Shown here one piece after another: positions 6,731 to 16,405 of a stretch of 20,387 nucleotides of DNA. The notes under the pieces were generated by a model. It searched no databases and was not told the origin of the DNA. It saw only the letters and a list, made by a program, of their open reading frames with translations. The first letter of the stretch is position 1. Each line of letters starts with the position of its first letter. A program made the translations under genes and the position numbers. The stretch comes from Myxococcota bacterium (GTDB lineage Bacteria > Myxococcota_A > UBA796 > CAJQPC01): NCBI GenBank assembly GCA_036229005.1, contig JAZAMN010000023.1, positions 1 to 20,387 on the forward strand, given 5' to 3'.

Positions 6731-6809
6731 CGGTTTTTTTCCACCGATAGACGCAGTTGCGGGTTTGAGGTGGGTTCACGCAGTCTCAAGATGGTCCGAT
6801 GAAGGGGAC

Positions 6810-8018
6810 ATGCGCACGTTGACCTTCGTCTTTGCTGTCCTGCTCGCCCAAGAGGGCGGGTGGTCGGGTTCCATGGGTTCGCCAGGGTCGGAAGCTCCAC
6901 CCCCCGACGAGGAGACCGGTCAGGACACCTCTGAAGGAGAGGGCTCGGGCGAGGTCTCTGAGGGGGCTGATCCGGTGCACAGGGCAACGGATGAGGCGGG
7001 AACGGACGAGGTCCCCGAGGTGGAGCCACCACGCAGTTCCTCGCTGGTGGTTGGGGGTGTTGAGGATGGGGTGGGCCCAGAGGATGAGGCGGTGGGCCCG
7101 GATCTTGGGGAGGGGGAAAGCGCCGCTCCTCCTCTGGATCTGTCGCAAGCATCGACGGTTCCAGATGTGACACCGGCGCAGCTTGAGTGGCTGCGACCTC
7201 GGCTGGGGAAGCTGCCGCCGAACCCGCGGGCGCACACGGACTACACGGCGTACACGCTGGACTTCGGTGAGGTGCAGCTCGGCCTGACGAACACGCGCGT
7301 GGGGCTGCTGCCGCGGACGCAGGTGGGGGCGAACCTGCCGCTGACGCTGGCGGGGGTCTACAACGGGAACGTGAAGGTGAACGCGCTCCGGGCCGGTCCG
7401 GTGGACGTGGCGGTGTCGGGGGCGGGGTACCGCTACCTGCAGTCGGAGTTCGAGGCGCAGTACTGGTCGGTGGGGCCGACGGTGAGCTTGGCGCTGGGGC
7501 CGCACTTTGGGGTGCACCTGGGCGGGCAGTATTGGCGCGTGGGGATGGAGGGGGCGTTCGCGGCGGCGGAGGTGCACCCGGTGCTGGGACTGGCTGACGA
7601 GGTGGGGCTGTTCCCGCAGGTGGCCTACCAAGGCCAGGCAGCGAGCGGCCGGCTGGCGCTGGAGTGGCGGCTGAACCGCCGGGACTCGTTCGTGCTGGAC
7701 GCGGGGACGATGTTCTGGATGGAGGAGCTGCCGGGGAGCAAGAGCCAGGTGCCGCCGATGCTGGGGGCGTACGCGGGGAGCTCGGGGTTCTCGCCGCAGG
7801 ACAGCTACCGGGTGTCGCTGGCGTACCAGATGGACCTCAAGCGGCTGTCGCTGCGGGCAGGGGTGGGGACCTCGCAGCCGTCGGGGGCGTGGCTGCTGAA
7901 CACCTTCGAGGCGAGCTACCGATTCGGGGGCAAGACGAAGGCGCAGGAGCGGCGACAGCGCAGGACCTGGCGGCAGAACCGGCGGCACGCGCGCAAGGGA
8001 GAGCCGGGGGCGCCCTGA
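6810..8018 (+). CDS. Secreted hypothetical protein, possibly outer-membrane beta-barrel
   Basis: ATG 6810 after GAAGGGGA; hydrophobic N-terminus MRTLTFVFAVLLAQ; acidic low-complexity linker; then alternating beta-strand-like segments ending ...FEASYRFGG; strong GC3 codon bias from ~7200. Confidence 0.65.
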   Translation: MRTLTFVFAVLLAQEGGWSGSMGSPGSEAPPPDEETGQDTSEGEGSGEVSEGADPVHRATDEAGTDEVPEVEPPRSSSLVVGGVEDGVGPEDEAVGPDLGEGESAAPPLDLSQASTVPDVTPAQLEWLRPRLGKLPPNPRAHTDYTAYTLDFGEVQLGLTNTRVGLLPRTQVGANLPLTLAGVYNGNVKVNALRAGPVDVAVSGAGYRYLQSEFEAQYWSVGPTVSLALGPHFGVHLGGQYWRVGMEGAFAAAEVHPVLGLADEVGLFPQVAYQGQAASGRLALEWRLNRRDSFVLDAGTMFWMEELPGSKSQVPPMLGAYAGSSGFSPQDSYRVSLAYQMDLKRLSLRAGVGTSQPSGAWLLNTFEASYRFGGKTKAQERRQRRTWRQNRRHARKGEPGAP

Positions 8019-8045
8019 GGTCGTGGCGGTTAGGCGGGGCGGACG

Positions 8046-10721
8046 ATGAACGGCCTCCTCCCCAGACTGCTGGCGCGCGTGGCCCACCTCGCGTGGGATC
8101 ACCCGAAGGCGGTGATCGGCGTGGCGCTGCTGGTGACGGCGCTGGCGGGCGTGTCGGTGGCGACGCTGCCGGTGGACGCGACCTTCATGGGGATCCTGGA
8201 CGAGGAGGATCCGGCGGTCGTGGACCTGATGGAGGTCTCGGAGGAGTTCGGGGCGGCTTCGGGGCTGCTGCTGGTGATCAAGGGGGGCGAGGAGGCCGAC
8301 CGCCAGGACGCGGCGCAGGCGGCGGTGGAGGCGCTGGAGTCGGTGTCGGTGGTGACCTCGGTGCAGGCGCGGGTGGACCGGGATGCGGCGCTGGACCTGG
8401 GGCTGATGTACCTGGAGGACCCGGAGTTCGAGCGGCTGGAGCTGGGGGTGGAGCGGCTCTCCCCCGTGCTGCGCGCGCTGGACGAGGAGCCGACGCTGGA
8501 GAGCGCGCTGGGGGCGATGCGCCACGAGATGGCCGAGGGCTTCCAGGCGCGGTCGGCGACGCCGGATGCGGCCCAGGGGCTGGATGGTGTGGTGACGATG
8601 CTGCGCCTGGTCGAGCAGGGGGCGCAGACGCCGCTGACGGCGGGCGAGCTGGACGAGATGCTGGCCGGAGGGGTTACGCCGGCGGGCGGAGAGCTGCTGG
8701 GGCTGCCGCTGCGGGACGGGTTCCTGGCGAGCGAGGACGGGGCGATCTACGTGGTGGACGTCCGGACGACGCTGGACCCGATGAACATCGACATCGGGAT
8801 GGACGCGTTCGATGAGCTCGAGGGGGCTGTGGACACGGTGCGGCAGACGCACCCCGACCAGTGGATGAACTTTGCTGGGCTGCTGCCAGGGGGCTTCCAG
8901 GACCAGCAGAACGTGGTGGGCAAGATCCTGCCGCTGTCGTCGCTGAGCCTGGTGCTGGTGCTGCTGGCGCTGCTGGCGCTGGACCGGCGGCCGATGACCC
9001 CGGTGCTGGTGGGCGGCGGGCTGCTGATGTCGCTGGTGTGGACCTTCGCGCTGGTGCACCTGGTGTTCGGGTACGCGTCGCTGACCTCGCTGGCGTTCGG
9101 CATCCTGCTCTTTGGGCTGGGGGTGGACTACGCGGTTCACGTGGTGGTGCGCTTCAACGATGAGCGGGTGGCCGGGGTGGCGGGCCGGGAGGCGATGGAG
9201 ATTGCGCTGTCGCGCTCGGGGCGCGGGGTGGTGATCGGGGCGCTGACCACGATGGCGGCCTTTGGGCTGATGGTCCTCACGCAGTTCAAGGCGGCGACGC
9301 ACCTGGGCGTGACGGCGGCGATGGGGTTGGGCTGCGCGCTGCTGATCATGGTGCTGGTGCTGCCGGCGGCGCTGCGGCTGGGCGATGGGGCGGGGGGGAC
9401 GCGGGCGCGGAGCACGCTGGAGCTGCCGGTGATCGACCGGGTGGTGCAGGGCTGCCTGGACCACCCGAACCGGGTGCTGGGGGCGGTGGTGCTGGTGGTG
9501 GCCTTCTGCCTGGCGATGGTCCCGCGCTTTGCGCTGGAGACGAACCTGGAGAACCTGATCACGCAGGGGCTGCCGGCGATGGAGGCGAACGAGGACGTAG
9601 CTCGGGCCTTCGGGGGGAGCCCGGAGGCGGTGATGTCGGTGAGCCCGGACCTGGAGACCTCGCGGGCCCGGGCGGCGGCGTTCAAGGAGAAGGAGACGGT
9701 GGTGCGCGTCGAGGGGGTGCACGACTTCATCCCCGTGGACACGCAGGCGCGCCTGGACCGGAACCGGCGGCTGCAGCGCTGGATCGGGGACCTGGAGCTG
9801 AACACGCAGGGGCGCGACGCGGTGGACAACGAGGCGCTGCGGGCTGAGCTGCAGGCCTTTGTGGTCATCGGGGCGCGCATCACGGCGGAGGCGAGCTTTG
9901 GGGGCCGGCCGGACATCGCCGCCAAGGGTCGGGAGATCCAGGCGGCAGCGCAGGACGCCATCGCTGCGCTGGATGGGAACCAGGCGACGCTGGCGCAGTC
10001 CGAGCGCGTGCTGTTGGAGCGGGGAGCGGTCTACCTGGAGGCGCTGCAGGTGGGCAGCAGCCGCTGGCGCTTTGGGGTGGAGGACCTGCCCGAGGCGGTG
10101 CGCGAGCGCTACGTGCGCGACGGCAAGCTGCTCTCGTACGTGTACCCGGCGGACTACCGCATCGACTACGACTTCCTGATGGCCTTCAAGGGGGAGGTCG
10201 AGGAGGTGGACCCGAAGGCCGTGGGCACGCTGTTCATCGTGGACAAGCTGCTGGTGGGCGGGCTGGCGGGGCTGCCCTACGCGGTGGTCGCGATCCTGCT
10301 GGCGCTGGGGGGCATCCTGTTCGCGGATCTGCGCAGTCCCCGGAAGGTGCTGGTCGCGCTGGCCCCGCTTGTGCTGGGCTCCGCGGTGGCCATCGGCATG
10401 GTGCTGGCGCTGGGGATGCCGGTGAGCATCCTGATGATGAGCGCCTTCCCGGTGGTGTTCGGCATCGGGATCGACGACGGCGTACACATCCTGCACCGCT
10501 TCGACGAGGCGGGGGAGGACGTGGCCAAGGCGGTCGCGGCGACGGGGAAGGCGATCCTGTTCACGTCGGTGACGACCTCGCTGGGCTTCTCGATCCTCTT
10601 CCTGCTGAACCACCGGGGGCTGGCGGGGATGGCCACGATGGTGCTGCTTGGGGTGACGACCTGTTTCGTCACCAGCATCACGGTGCTGCCGGTGCTGGCC
10701 AGGTGGAGCGCGAAGCGGTGA
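8046..10721 (+). CDS. MMPL/RND family transporter (HpnN-like lipid exporter)
   Basis: 891 aa; two repeats of TM, large soluble domain and five TMs; GLGVDYAVH and GIGIDDGVH motifs. Confidence 0.88.
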   Translation: MNGLLPRLLARVAHLAWDHPKAVIGVALLVTALAGVSVATLPVDATFMGILDEEDPAVVDLMEVSEEFGAASGLLLVIKGGEEADRQDAAQAAVEALESVSVVTSVQARVDRDAALDLGLMYLEDPEFERLELGVERLSPVLRALDEEPTLESALGAMRHEMAEGFQARSATPDAAQGLDGVVTMLRLVEQGAQTPLTAGELDEMLAGGVTPAGGELLGLPLRDGFLASEDGAIYVVDVRTTLDPMNIDIGMDAFDELEGAVDTVRQTHPDQWMNFAGLLPGGFQDQQNVVGKILPLSSLSLVLVLLALLALDRRPMTPVLVGGGLLMSLVWTFALVHLVFGYASLTSLAFGILLFGLGVDYAVHVVVRFNDERVAGVAGREAMEIALSRSGRGVVIGALTTMAAFGLMVLTQFKAATHLGVTAAMGLGCALLIMVLVLPAALRLGDGAGGTRARSTLELPVIDRVVQGCLDHPNRVLGAVVLVVAFCLAMVPRFALETNLENLITQGLPAMEANEDVARAFGGSPEAVMSVSPDLETSRARAAAFKEKETVVRVEGVHDFIPVDTQARLDRNRRLQRWIGDLELNTQGRDAVDNEALRAELQAFVVIGARITAEASFGGRPDIAAKGREIQAAAQDAIAALDGNQATLAQSERVLLERGAVYLEALQVGSSRWRFGVEDLPEAVRERYVRDGKLLSYVYPADYRIDYDFLMAFKGEVEEVDPKAVGTLFIVDKLLVGGLAGLPYAVVAILLALGGILFADLRSPRKVLVALAPLVLGSAVAIGMVLALGMPVSILMMSAFPVVFGIGIDDGVHILHRFDEAGEDVAKAVAATGKAILFTSVTTSLGFSILFLLNHRGLAGMATMVLLGVTTCFVTSITVLPVLARWSAKR

Positions 10722-11326
10722 TCCTGCTGGTGACGGCCCTTCGCGCGGAGGCCCTGCCCTTGGGCCTGGCGCTGACGGAGCGCGAGATGCTGGACCGGCG
10801 GATGGTCACGGGGAGGCTGGCGGGACGCCCGGCGGCGCTGCTGCGCTGTGGGGTTGGCCGGGAGCGCGCGCGCGCTCAGACGGAGGCGGCGGTGAAGCGG
10901 CTGGAGCCTGACTGGGTGCTCTCGTTGGGCACCGCTGGGGGCTTGGATGATGGCCTGGACATCGGAGAGACCATCGGCGCAAGCGAGGTCATCCTGGCGG
11001 CGACGGGGGAGCGCTTCGAGACGGCGCCGCTGCCCGGAGTACGGGCTGGCGCGGTGCTGACGGTGGACGCGCTGATCCACACGCCCCAGCGGCGGGCGGA
11101 GGCCGGGCGGCAGGCGATGGTGTGCGAGATGGAGGCGGCGGGGGTGGCGCAGGCGGCCCGCGGGCGGCGCTTCTCCGCGCTCAAGGTGGTCTCGGACCAC
11201 GCGGGCGCGACGGCCGACCCGGCGCTGGTGGTCGGGAGCCCGGCGAGCATCGCGCGCTTTCAGCGGCGGGCGGCGGAGCTGTGCTGGGAGCGGCTGGTGC
11301 CGGCGCTGCGGCGGGCGCTGGGGTGA
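10718..11326 (+). CDS. PNP/UDP-family nucleoside phosphorylase (MTA/SAH nucleosidase or HpnG-like)
   Basis: VTALRAE, CGVGRERA, SLGTAGGL, CEMEAAGV and KVVSDHA motifs; GTG start overlaps the transporter stop (GTGA). Confidence 0.85.
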   Translation: MILLVTALRAEALPLGLALTEREMLDRRMVTGRLAGRPAALLRCGVGRERARAQTEAAVKRLEPDWVLSLGTAGGLDDGLDIGETIGASEVILAATGERFETAPLPGVRAGAVLTVDALIHTPQRRAEAGRQAMVCEMEAAGVAQAARGRRFSALKVVSDHAGATADPALVVGSPASIARFQRRAAELCWERLVPALRRALG

Positions 11327-11386
11327 GTCGGGCGGCTCTGAAGCGACAAAGGCCCCAGCGGGGCCAGTGTGTGGGGGAGGGGACGC

Positions 11387-11617
11387 TCAGATCTCGTCGT
11401 CGGGCTTGCGCAGGTCGACGGTGTGGGTCTCGGTGAGGATCACGGAGTGGGTCTCCTCGTCGACGACGGCGTCCAGGGCCTTGGCCAGGGCGTCGGCGGC
11501 CTCCTTGCGGGACATCTCGCGAGGGCCCTCGTCGAAGAGGCCGGACTCGTCGACCGCTGCTGGGCCCAGCATGCCGAGCGCGAGAGCGAGGCTGAGGGGG
11601 TCGGTGACGAAAGTCAT
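11387..11617 (-). CDS. Small acidic hypothetical protein
   Basis: 76-aa ORF with high-GC codon usage, GGAG upstream, filling the gap between two + strand genes. Confidence 0.5.
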   Translation of the reverse strand: MTFVTDPLSLALALGMLGPAAVDESGLFDEGPREMSRKEAADALAKALDAVVDEETHSVILTETHTVDLRKPDDEI

Positions 11618-11732
11618 GAGGGGCTCCAGTGCGGGTGGTCAAGTTACTCTCTTGACGACGAATGACCACCCCATGTTGCATTCAAGTCGTGAATAGAGAA
11701 CATCGGTTGTGCGCAAGGGGAAAGGAGATGCC

Positions 11733-13193
11733 GTGTCCATGCTGCTTCGCTCTGCTGTTGACCTCGCTGATGGGATTCGGGCTGGGGAGCTGCGGAGCCA
11801 GGATGTGGTGGGGGTGCACCTGGATCGGCTGAGGGCCGTGAATCCGCTCCTCAACGCACAGGTCGCGGATCGGCACGAGCAGGCGATCGTGGAGGCCCAA
11901 GCGGTGGACGCGGGGGCGGGCCCCGGGGGGGCGTTTCAGGGTGTGCCCTGCTCGATCAAGGAGTGCTTTGCGCTCACGGGGATGCCGCAGGCGGCGGGGC
12001 TGCTCTCGCGGCGGGATCTGCGCTCGGAGGAGGACGCGACGGCGGTGGCGCGGATCCGCAAGGCGGGGGCGATTCCGCTGGGGGTGACGAACACCTCGGA
12101 GCTGTGCATGTGGATGGAGTCGGACAACCTGGTCTACGGGCGCACGAACAACCCCTACGACGCGAGCCGCACGGTGGGCGGGTCTTCGGGCGGGGAGGGC
12201 GCGCTGGTGGGCGCGGGGGCGGTGCCCTTTGGGTTGGGCTCGGACATCGGCGGGAGCATCCGCATGCCGGCGTTCTTCAACGGGGTGTTCGGGCACAAGC
12301 CGACGGGGGGGCTGATCCCGGGGACGGGGCAGTTCCCGACCGCGGACCCCAAGGCGCTGCGCTACCTGACGACGGGGCCGCTGTGCCGGAGGGCGGAGGA
12401 CCTCTGGCCGCTGATCACCCTGCTGGCGGGGCCGGATGGGGTGGACGGGGGCTGCCTGCCCTGGGAGCTGGGCGACCCGGATGCGGTGGAGATCGCGGGG
12501 CTGCGGGTGCTGCACATCCCGGACTCGGGGCGGCAGTCGGTGACGCCGGATCTGCGGCAGGCGCAGGCGCGGGCGGCCGAGGCGCTGCGGGAGGCGGGCG
12601 CGCAGGTGGAGGAGCTGCGCATCCCCGAGATGGCCCACGGCTTCGACATCTGGTCGAGCATGCTGCAGGAGGCCAACGAGACGGCCTTTGTGGAGCTGAT
12701 GGGGGGCGGCGAGCCGGTGAACGCGGCGGCGGAGCTGGCGCGCATCGCGCTGGGGCAGATCGGGCTGGCCACGCCGCGACACACGCTGATGGCGTGCATG
12801 CTGGGGCTGACGGAGGCGCTGACGGCGGCCCTCCCGCGGCGGCAGCGGCGCTTTGTGGAGATGGGCCGGGCCCTGCGGCAGGAGTTGACGGAGCGCCTGG
12901 GGGACGACGGGGTGCTGCTCTACCCGAGCTTCACGATGCCAGCGCCCAAGCACGGGCAGCCGGTGCGGCGACAGCTCACGCTGCGCTTTGACTACGCGTA
13001 CACGGCGCTGCTCAACGTGATGGAGCTGCCGGTGACGCAGGTGCCGCTGGGGCTCAACGCCCAGGGGCTGCCGCTGGGGGTCCAGGTGGGCGCGGGCCAC
13101 GGCCGGGATCACATGACCGTGGCCGTGGCGCGCTTTCTGGAGCAGCGCTTTGGGGGCTGGGTGCCCCCGCAGACGCTGGGTCCGCTCGCTTAG
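11733..13193 (+). CDS. Amidase signature family enzyme (fatty-acid amide hydrolase-like)
   Basis: GVPCSIKE (catalytic Lys), GGSSGGEG, GSDIGGSIRMPA (Ser nucleophile) and GLPLGVQV; AAAGGAG RBS before GTG 11733 / ATG 11739. Confidence 0.92.
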   Translation: MSMLLRSAVDLADGIRAGELRSQDVVGVHLDRLRAVNPLLNAQVADRHEQAIVEAQAVDAGAGPGGAFQGVPCSIKECFALTGMPQAAGLLSRRDLRSEEDATAVARIRKAGAIPLGVTNTSELCMWMESDNLVYGRTNNPYDASRTVGGSSGGEGALVGAGAVPFGLGSDIGGSIRMPAFFNGVFGHKPTGGLIPGTGQFPTADPKALRYLTTGPLCRRAEDLWPLITLLAGPDGVDGGCLPWELGDPDAVEIAGLRVLHIPDSGRQSVTPDLRQAQARAAEALREAGAQVEELRIPEMAHGFDIWSSMLQEANETAFVELMGGGEPVNAAAELARIALGQIGLATPRHTLMACMLGLTEALTAALPRRQRRFVEMGRALRQELTERLGDDGVLLYPSFTMPAPKHGQPVRRQLTLRFDYAYTALLNVMELPVTQVPLGLNAQGLPLGVQVGAGHGRDHMTVAVARFLEQRFGGWVPPQTLGPLA

Positions 13194-13202
13194 CGCAGGC
13201 GA

Positions 13203-13883
13203 TCAGACCAGGGTCTGGCCGCCGACCTTTGGGTTGACCAGGGGGATGGTCAGCTCCTGGCCGACCTCGATCTTGTTGGGATCGATGCCGTTGGCTTCCG
13301 CGATGCGGGTGTACTCGCCGGCCTTGCCGTACCAGTGCTTGGCGATGACGCCCAGGGTCTCGCCCTTGGCGACGATGTGCTTGGGGGCCGGGGTGGGAGG
13401 GATGCGCAGGACCTGGCCGGGGTAGATCTCGTCGGGGTCCTGGATCATGGGCACGTTGGCGCCGAACACGGTCTCGTAGAGCCGCATCACGCCGTAGTAC
13501 TCCATGGCGATCTTGGAGAGCGTGTCGCCCTTGACGACCGTGTGGTAGACGGCCGGCGGGGCGGGGATCTCGACCTGGATCTGGTTGTCGACGGCCTCGA
13601 CGCCGTCGTGGTTGCCGACGATCAGGCAGCACTTCTCGCTGTCGCCGGTGGAGCTGGCCTTGCCGGTGATGGTCGCGGTGCCGGCGGCGAAGCCCACGGC
13701 GAGGTCCGCGATCTCCAGGCCCCGGCTGGTGACAGCGGCCTTGAGCATCTCGGCGATCTGGGCCTCGCTGGGGGCGGCGGCGGCCTTCTCGGCGGCGGCC
13801 TTGAGGCGGTCCTCCTTGGCGGCCTCGGTCTTGCCGAAGCCCAGCTTGCGTCCCGCACTCTTCACGAAGTTCATCAGGCCCAT
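13203..13883 (-). CDS. BON-LysM protein (Kbp/YgaU-like) with an additional C-terminal LysM
   Basis: MGLMNFVKSAGRKL N-terminus; BON motif VGNHDGVEAVDNQI; LysM HTVVKGDTLSKIA...IYPGQVLRIP and a second LysM HIVAKGETLGVIA...IEVGQELTIP. Confidence 0.88.
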   Translation of the reverse strand: MGLMNFVKSAGRKLGFGKTEAAKEDRLKAAAEKAAAAPSEAQIAEMLKAAVTSRGLEIADLAVGFAAGTATITGKASSTGDSEKCCLIVGNHDGVEAVDNQIQVEIPAPPAVYHTVVKGDTLSKIAMEYYGVMRLYETVFGANVPMIQDPDEIYPGQVLRIPPTPAPKHIVAKGETLGVIAKHWYGKAGEYTRIAEANGIDPNKIEVGQELTIPLVNPKVGGQTLV

Positions 13884-13940
13884 GGGGTCCTCCCGTCTTT
13901 GGGTTCAAGAGGAGCCTATCCGGCTCGGGGGATCGGGCTC

Positions 13941-15566
13941 TTACCCCGGTCCCACCTGGGCCCTGCGCGCCGCTCTGCGCTGCTGTACCCAAGCGAGGAC
14001 ATCGGCAGCCGATCGGGTGTTGAGCACATCGTCCGGGCCCAGGCCGGCGCGGCGCGCGAGGGCGACGCCGTGGTCCAGGTTGTCCAGCTCGCTGCAGCGG
14101 TGGGCGTCGGCGGCGATGCTCACGGGGACCCCCAGCTCCTTGGCGCGGGCCAGCCACTGGGGGGCCAGATCCATGCGCTTGGGGGAGGCGTTGAGCTCGA
14201 CCGCGACGCCCATGCGGGCGCAGTGCTGCAGCCAGAGCTCCATGTCGAAGTCGTTGGGCGGGCGCGAGAGCAGCAGCCGGCCGGTGGGGTGGCCCATGAT
14301 GTCCGCGCAGACGGCGGAGGTGGCCCGGGTCATGCGCGCCAGGGTGTCTTGGGGCGGGAGGGAGAAGCGCTGGTGGACGGAGGCGACCACGAAGTCCAAG
14401 GGGTGGAGCTGGGTGTCTGGGTAGTCGAGGTCCCCTTCCTTGAGGATGTCGGCCTCGACCCCGGCGAGCAGGCGGCAGGTGTGGCCCTGGCCGTTGAGGG
14501 CGCGGAGCTGCTCCCCCTGGCTGCGCAGGCGCTCGGGCTCCAGGCCGCGGGCCCAGACGGAGCTCTGGCTGTGCTCGCTGATGCCCAGGTAGCGCAGCCC
14601 GCGCTGGGCGGCGGCCTCGCGCATGGCCTCCAGGCTGTCGCGGCCGTCGGAGGCGGTGGTGTGGTTGTGGAGGGCGCCCTGGAGGTCGGAGCGGCGCACG
14701 AGGCGGGGGCGGCGCTGGGCCAGGCGCACCAGCGGGATGTCGGCGCGGCGGCGCTCGATGGGGGTGGGGTGGAAGCCGCGGTGCTGGTAGATGGCGTCGG
14801 CGTCGAGGCCAAGCAGCTCGGGGGCGTCCAGGTCGAGCTGGGCGGCGTGGGCCGGGTCGCTGGAGAGCTGGAGGACGCGCACGCCGAAGGCCGCGCGGTC
14901 GGTCGGCGCCAGGGTGACCTCGACGGCGGATTCGGGCAGCTCCGGGGCGCCGATGGCGACGATGTGGAGGTGGTGGACCAGCTCGTGGCCCTGCGCCAGG
15001 GGGCCCACCTCTTCCCAAGCCGCGCACTGTGCATCCAGGAGGGGGGTGAGGGCGGCGAGGGCCTGCTGGGCGGTGTCGCGGCGGACCTTGCCGGCGGCGC
15101 CGAGGGCGTGGGCGAGGCCCTTGATGAGCTTGCTGCGGGTCTTGGGGCCGAAGCCCGGCAGGGCGTTGAGGCGGCTTTCGTCGACGGCGTCCTGGAGGGA
15201 GGTGAGGTCGTTGACGCCGAGCTCGGTCCAGAGGGCCTTGACCTTGGCGGCGCCCAGGCCAGGGAGGCGGGCGAGGTCGAAGAGGCCGGCAGGGGTCTGG
15301 TCCTCGAGCTCGGAGAGCCCGGGCTGGGGCGTACCGTCCAGGAAGCGGGCGGCGGCCTTGGCGGCGATGGGGTCCACGCCTCGGAGCTGGCCCAGGGTGC
15401 CGGCCTGGTGGGCGGCGAGGAGCGCTTGCGGGGAGAGCTGAGAGAGCGGCCAGGCGGCGCGGGTGCAGGCCTTGGCGCGGCGCTCCTGGTCGTGGAGGGT
15501 GTAGACCAGCGCCAGGTGACGCAGGTGGCGGGAGAGCTGGCTGGGGGTGGGGAGCTCGCCGCTCAT
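13941..15566 (-). CDS. polX: PolX-family protein with intact PHP domain and degenerate polymerase site
   Basis: HhH motifs LPGLGAAKV and LPGFGPKT; PHP motifs LHNHTTASDG, ISEHS, GVEADI, ASVH, GHPTGRLL, ELNASPKRMDL and AADAH; ATG 15566 overlaps the upstream stop (ATGA). Confidence 0.85.
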   Translation of the reverse strand: MSGELPTPSQLSRHLRHLALVYTLHDQERRAKACTRAAWPLSQLSPQALLAAHQAGTLGQLRGVDPIAAKAAARFLDGTPQPGLSELEDQTPAGLFDLARLPGLGAAKVKALWTELGVNDLTSLQDAVDESRLNALPGFGPKTRSKLIKGLAHALGAAGKVRRDTAQQALAALTPLLDAQCAAWEEVGPLAQGHELVHHLHIVAIGAPELPESAVEVTLAPTDRAAFGVRVLQLSSDPAHAAQLDLDAPELLGLDADAIYQHRGFHPTPIERRRADIPLVRLAQRRPRLVRRSDLQGALHNHTTASDGRDSLEAMREAAAQRGLRYLGISEHSQSSVWARGLEPERLRSQGEQLRALNGQGHTCRLLAGVEADILKEGDLDYPDTQLHPLDFVVASVHQRFSLPPQDTLARMTRATSAVCADIMGHPTGRLLLSRPPNDFDMELWLQHCARMGVAVELNASPKRMDLAPQWLARAKELGVPVSIAADAHRCSELDNLDHGVALARRAGLGPDDVLNTRSAADVLAWVQQRRAARRAQVGPG

Positions 15567-15973
15567 CGGGGGGTGCCGGAGTGGTAGCGCCAGCGGCCGT
15601 TGAGCAGGGTGAAGGCGCTGCGCTCGCCGAAGCTGGCGTCGCGGCCGTTGCTGCGCAGGGTGGCGTGGAACTGGACCCAGGCGGTGTCGCCCTGGACCAC
15701 CCTGTCGACGATCTTGAGGCCCAGGAACTGGGTGGCGGCGCACCACTCCCGGAGCTCGTCGGCCCAGGCCACCAGGTCGCGCTGGTACTGGGGGCCGGTG
15801 GGGTCGGTGGTCTCCTGGATGTAGACGACCTCGCCCAGGGCGTAGGCGGCGTAGCGGGAGCGCATGAGCCGCTCGGGATCGGGGGCGCTCTTGCCTTGGT
15901 GGAGGGGGCGGCAGCAGCGCTTGTAGCGCTCGCCGGAGTGGCAGGGACAGGGGGTGTTGCCGGAGACGCTCAT
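15563..15973 (-). CDS. ychJ: YchJ family protein (SEC-C motif plus NTF2-like domain)
   Basis: CPCHSGERYKRCC, PERLMRSRYAAY, FLGLKI and ERSAFTLLNGRWRY motifs. Confidence 0.9.
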   Translation of the reverse strand: MSVSGNTPCPCHSGERYKRCCRPLHQGKSAPDPERLMRSRYAAYALGEVVYIQETTDPTGPQYQRDLVAWADELREWCAATQFLGLKIVDRVVQGDTAWVQFHATLRSNGRDASFGERSAFTLLNGRWRYHSGTPR

Positions 15974-16023
15974 GGGCGCAGAATACAGCGCCTTGGGGGT
16001 GTCAGGGCGTTAGGGCCACAGGC

Positions 16024-16347
16024 ATGGAGACTCCCGAGCTGGACAAGTTGGGTTTCGTGCGGGTTCCTGCAGCGCCGGGCCGCCCCGAGCAGTGGCTGCA
16101 GTGCAACCAGTGCGACAAGCGCGAGCGCTTCTGGATCGCGGAGCAGCGCGTGCACTGCTCGTGCGGTGCGGCCTACGATCACGCGGCGGTGGGGGAGCAC
16201 CAGGTCCCGGCGGCCGAGCTGCAGTGGGTGGCCTTCAAGGATGGGCCGGTCTCGCTGTCCGAGGTGGAGCTCGATCCCAAGCGTATCGCCGTGGTTGTCG
16301 CGATCCTGGCGGCCCTGGTGGCGGTGGTCGTCAAGCTGCTTTTGTAG
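16024..16347 (+). CDS. Small membrane-anchored protein with possible Zn-ribbon
   Basis: CNQC ... CSCG cysteine pairs and a C-terminal hydrophobic helix; good codon usage. Confidence 0.6.
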   Translation: METPELDKLGFVRVPAAPGRPEQWLQCNQCDKRERFWIAEQRVHCSCGAAYDHAAVGEHQVPAAELQWVAFKDGPVSLSEVELDPKRIAVVVAILAALVAVVVKLLL

Positions 16348-16405
16348 ACAATCCCTGCACGACCTGGGTTCGGGTGGCTACATTCGGAACAGCCGGAGAG
16401 CGCAG

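Noticed and set aside
6786..10613. 1275-aa minus-strand ORF
   Set aside because: Antisense shadow of high-GC3 genes; R/H/Q/P-rich with no domain motifs.
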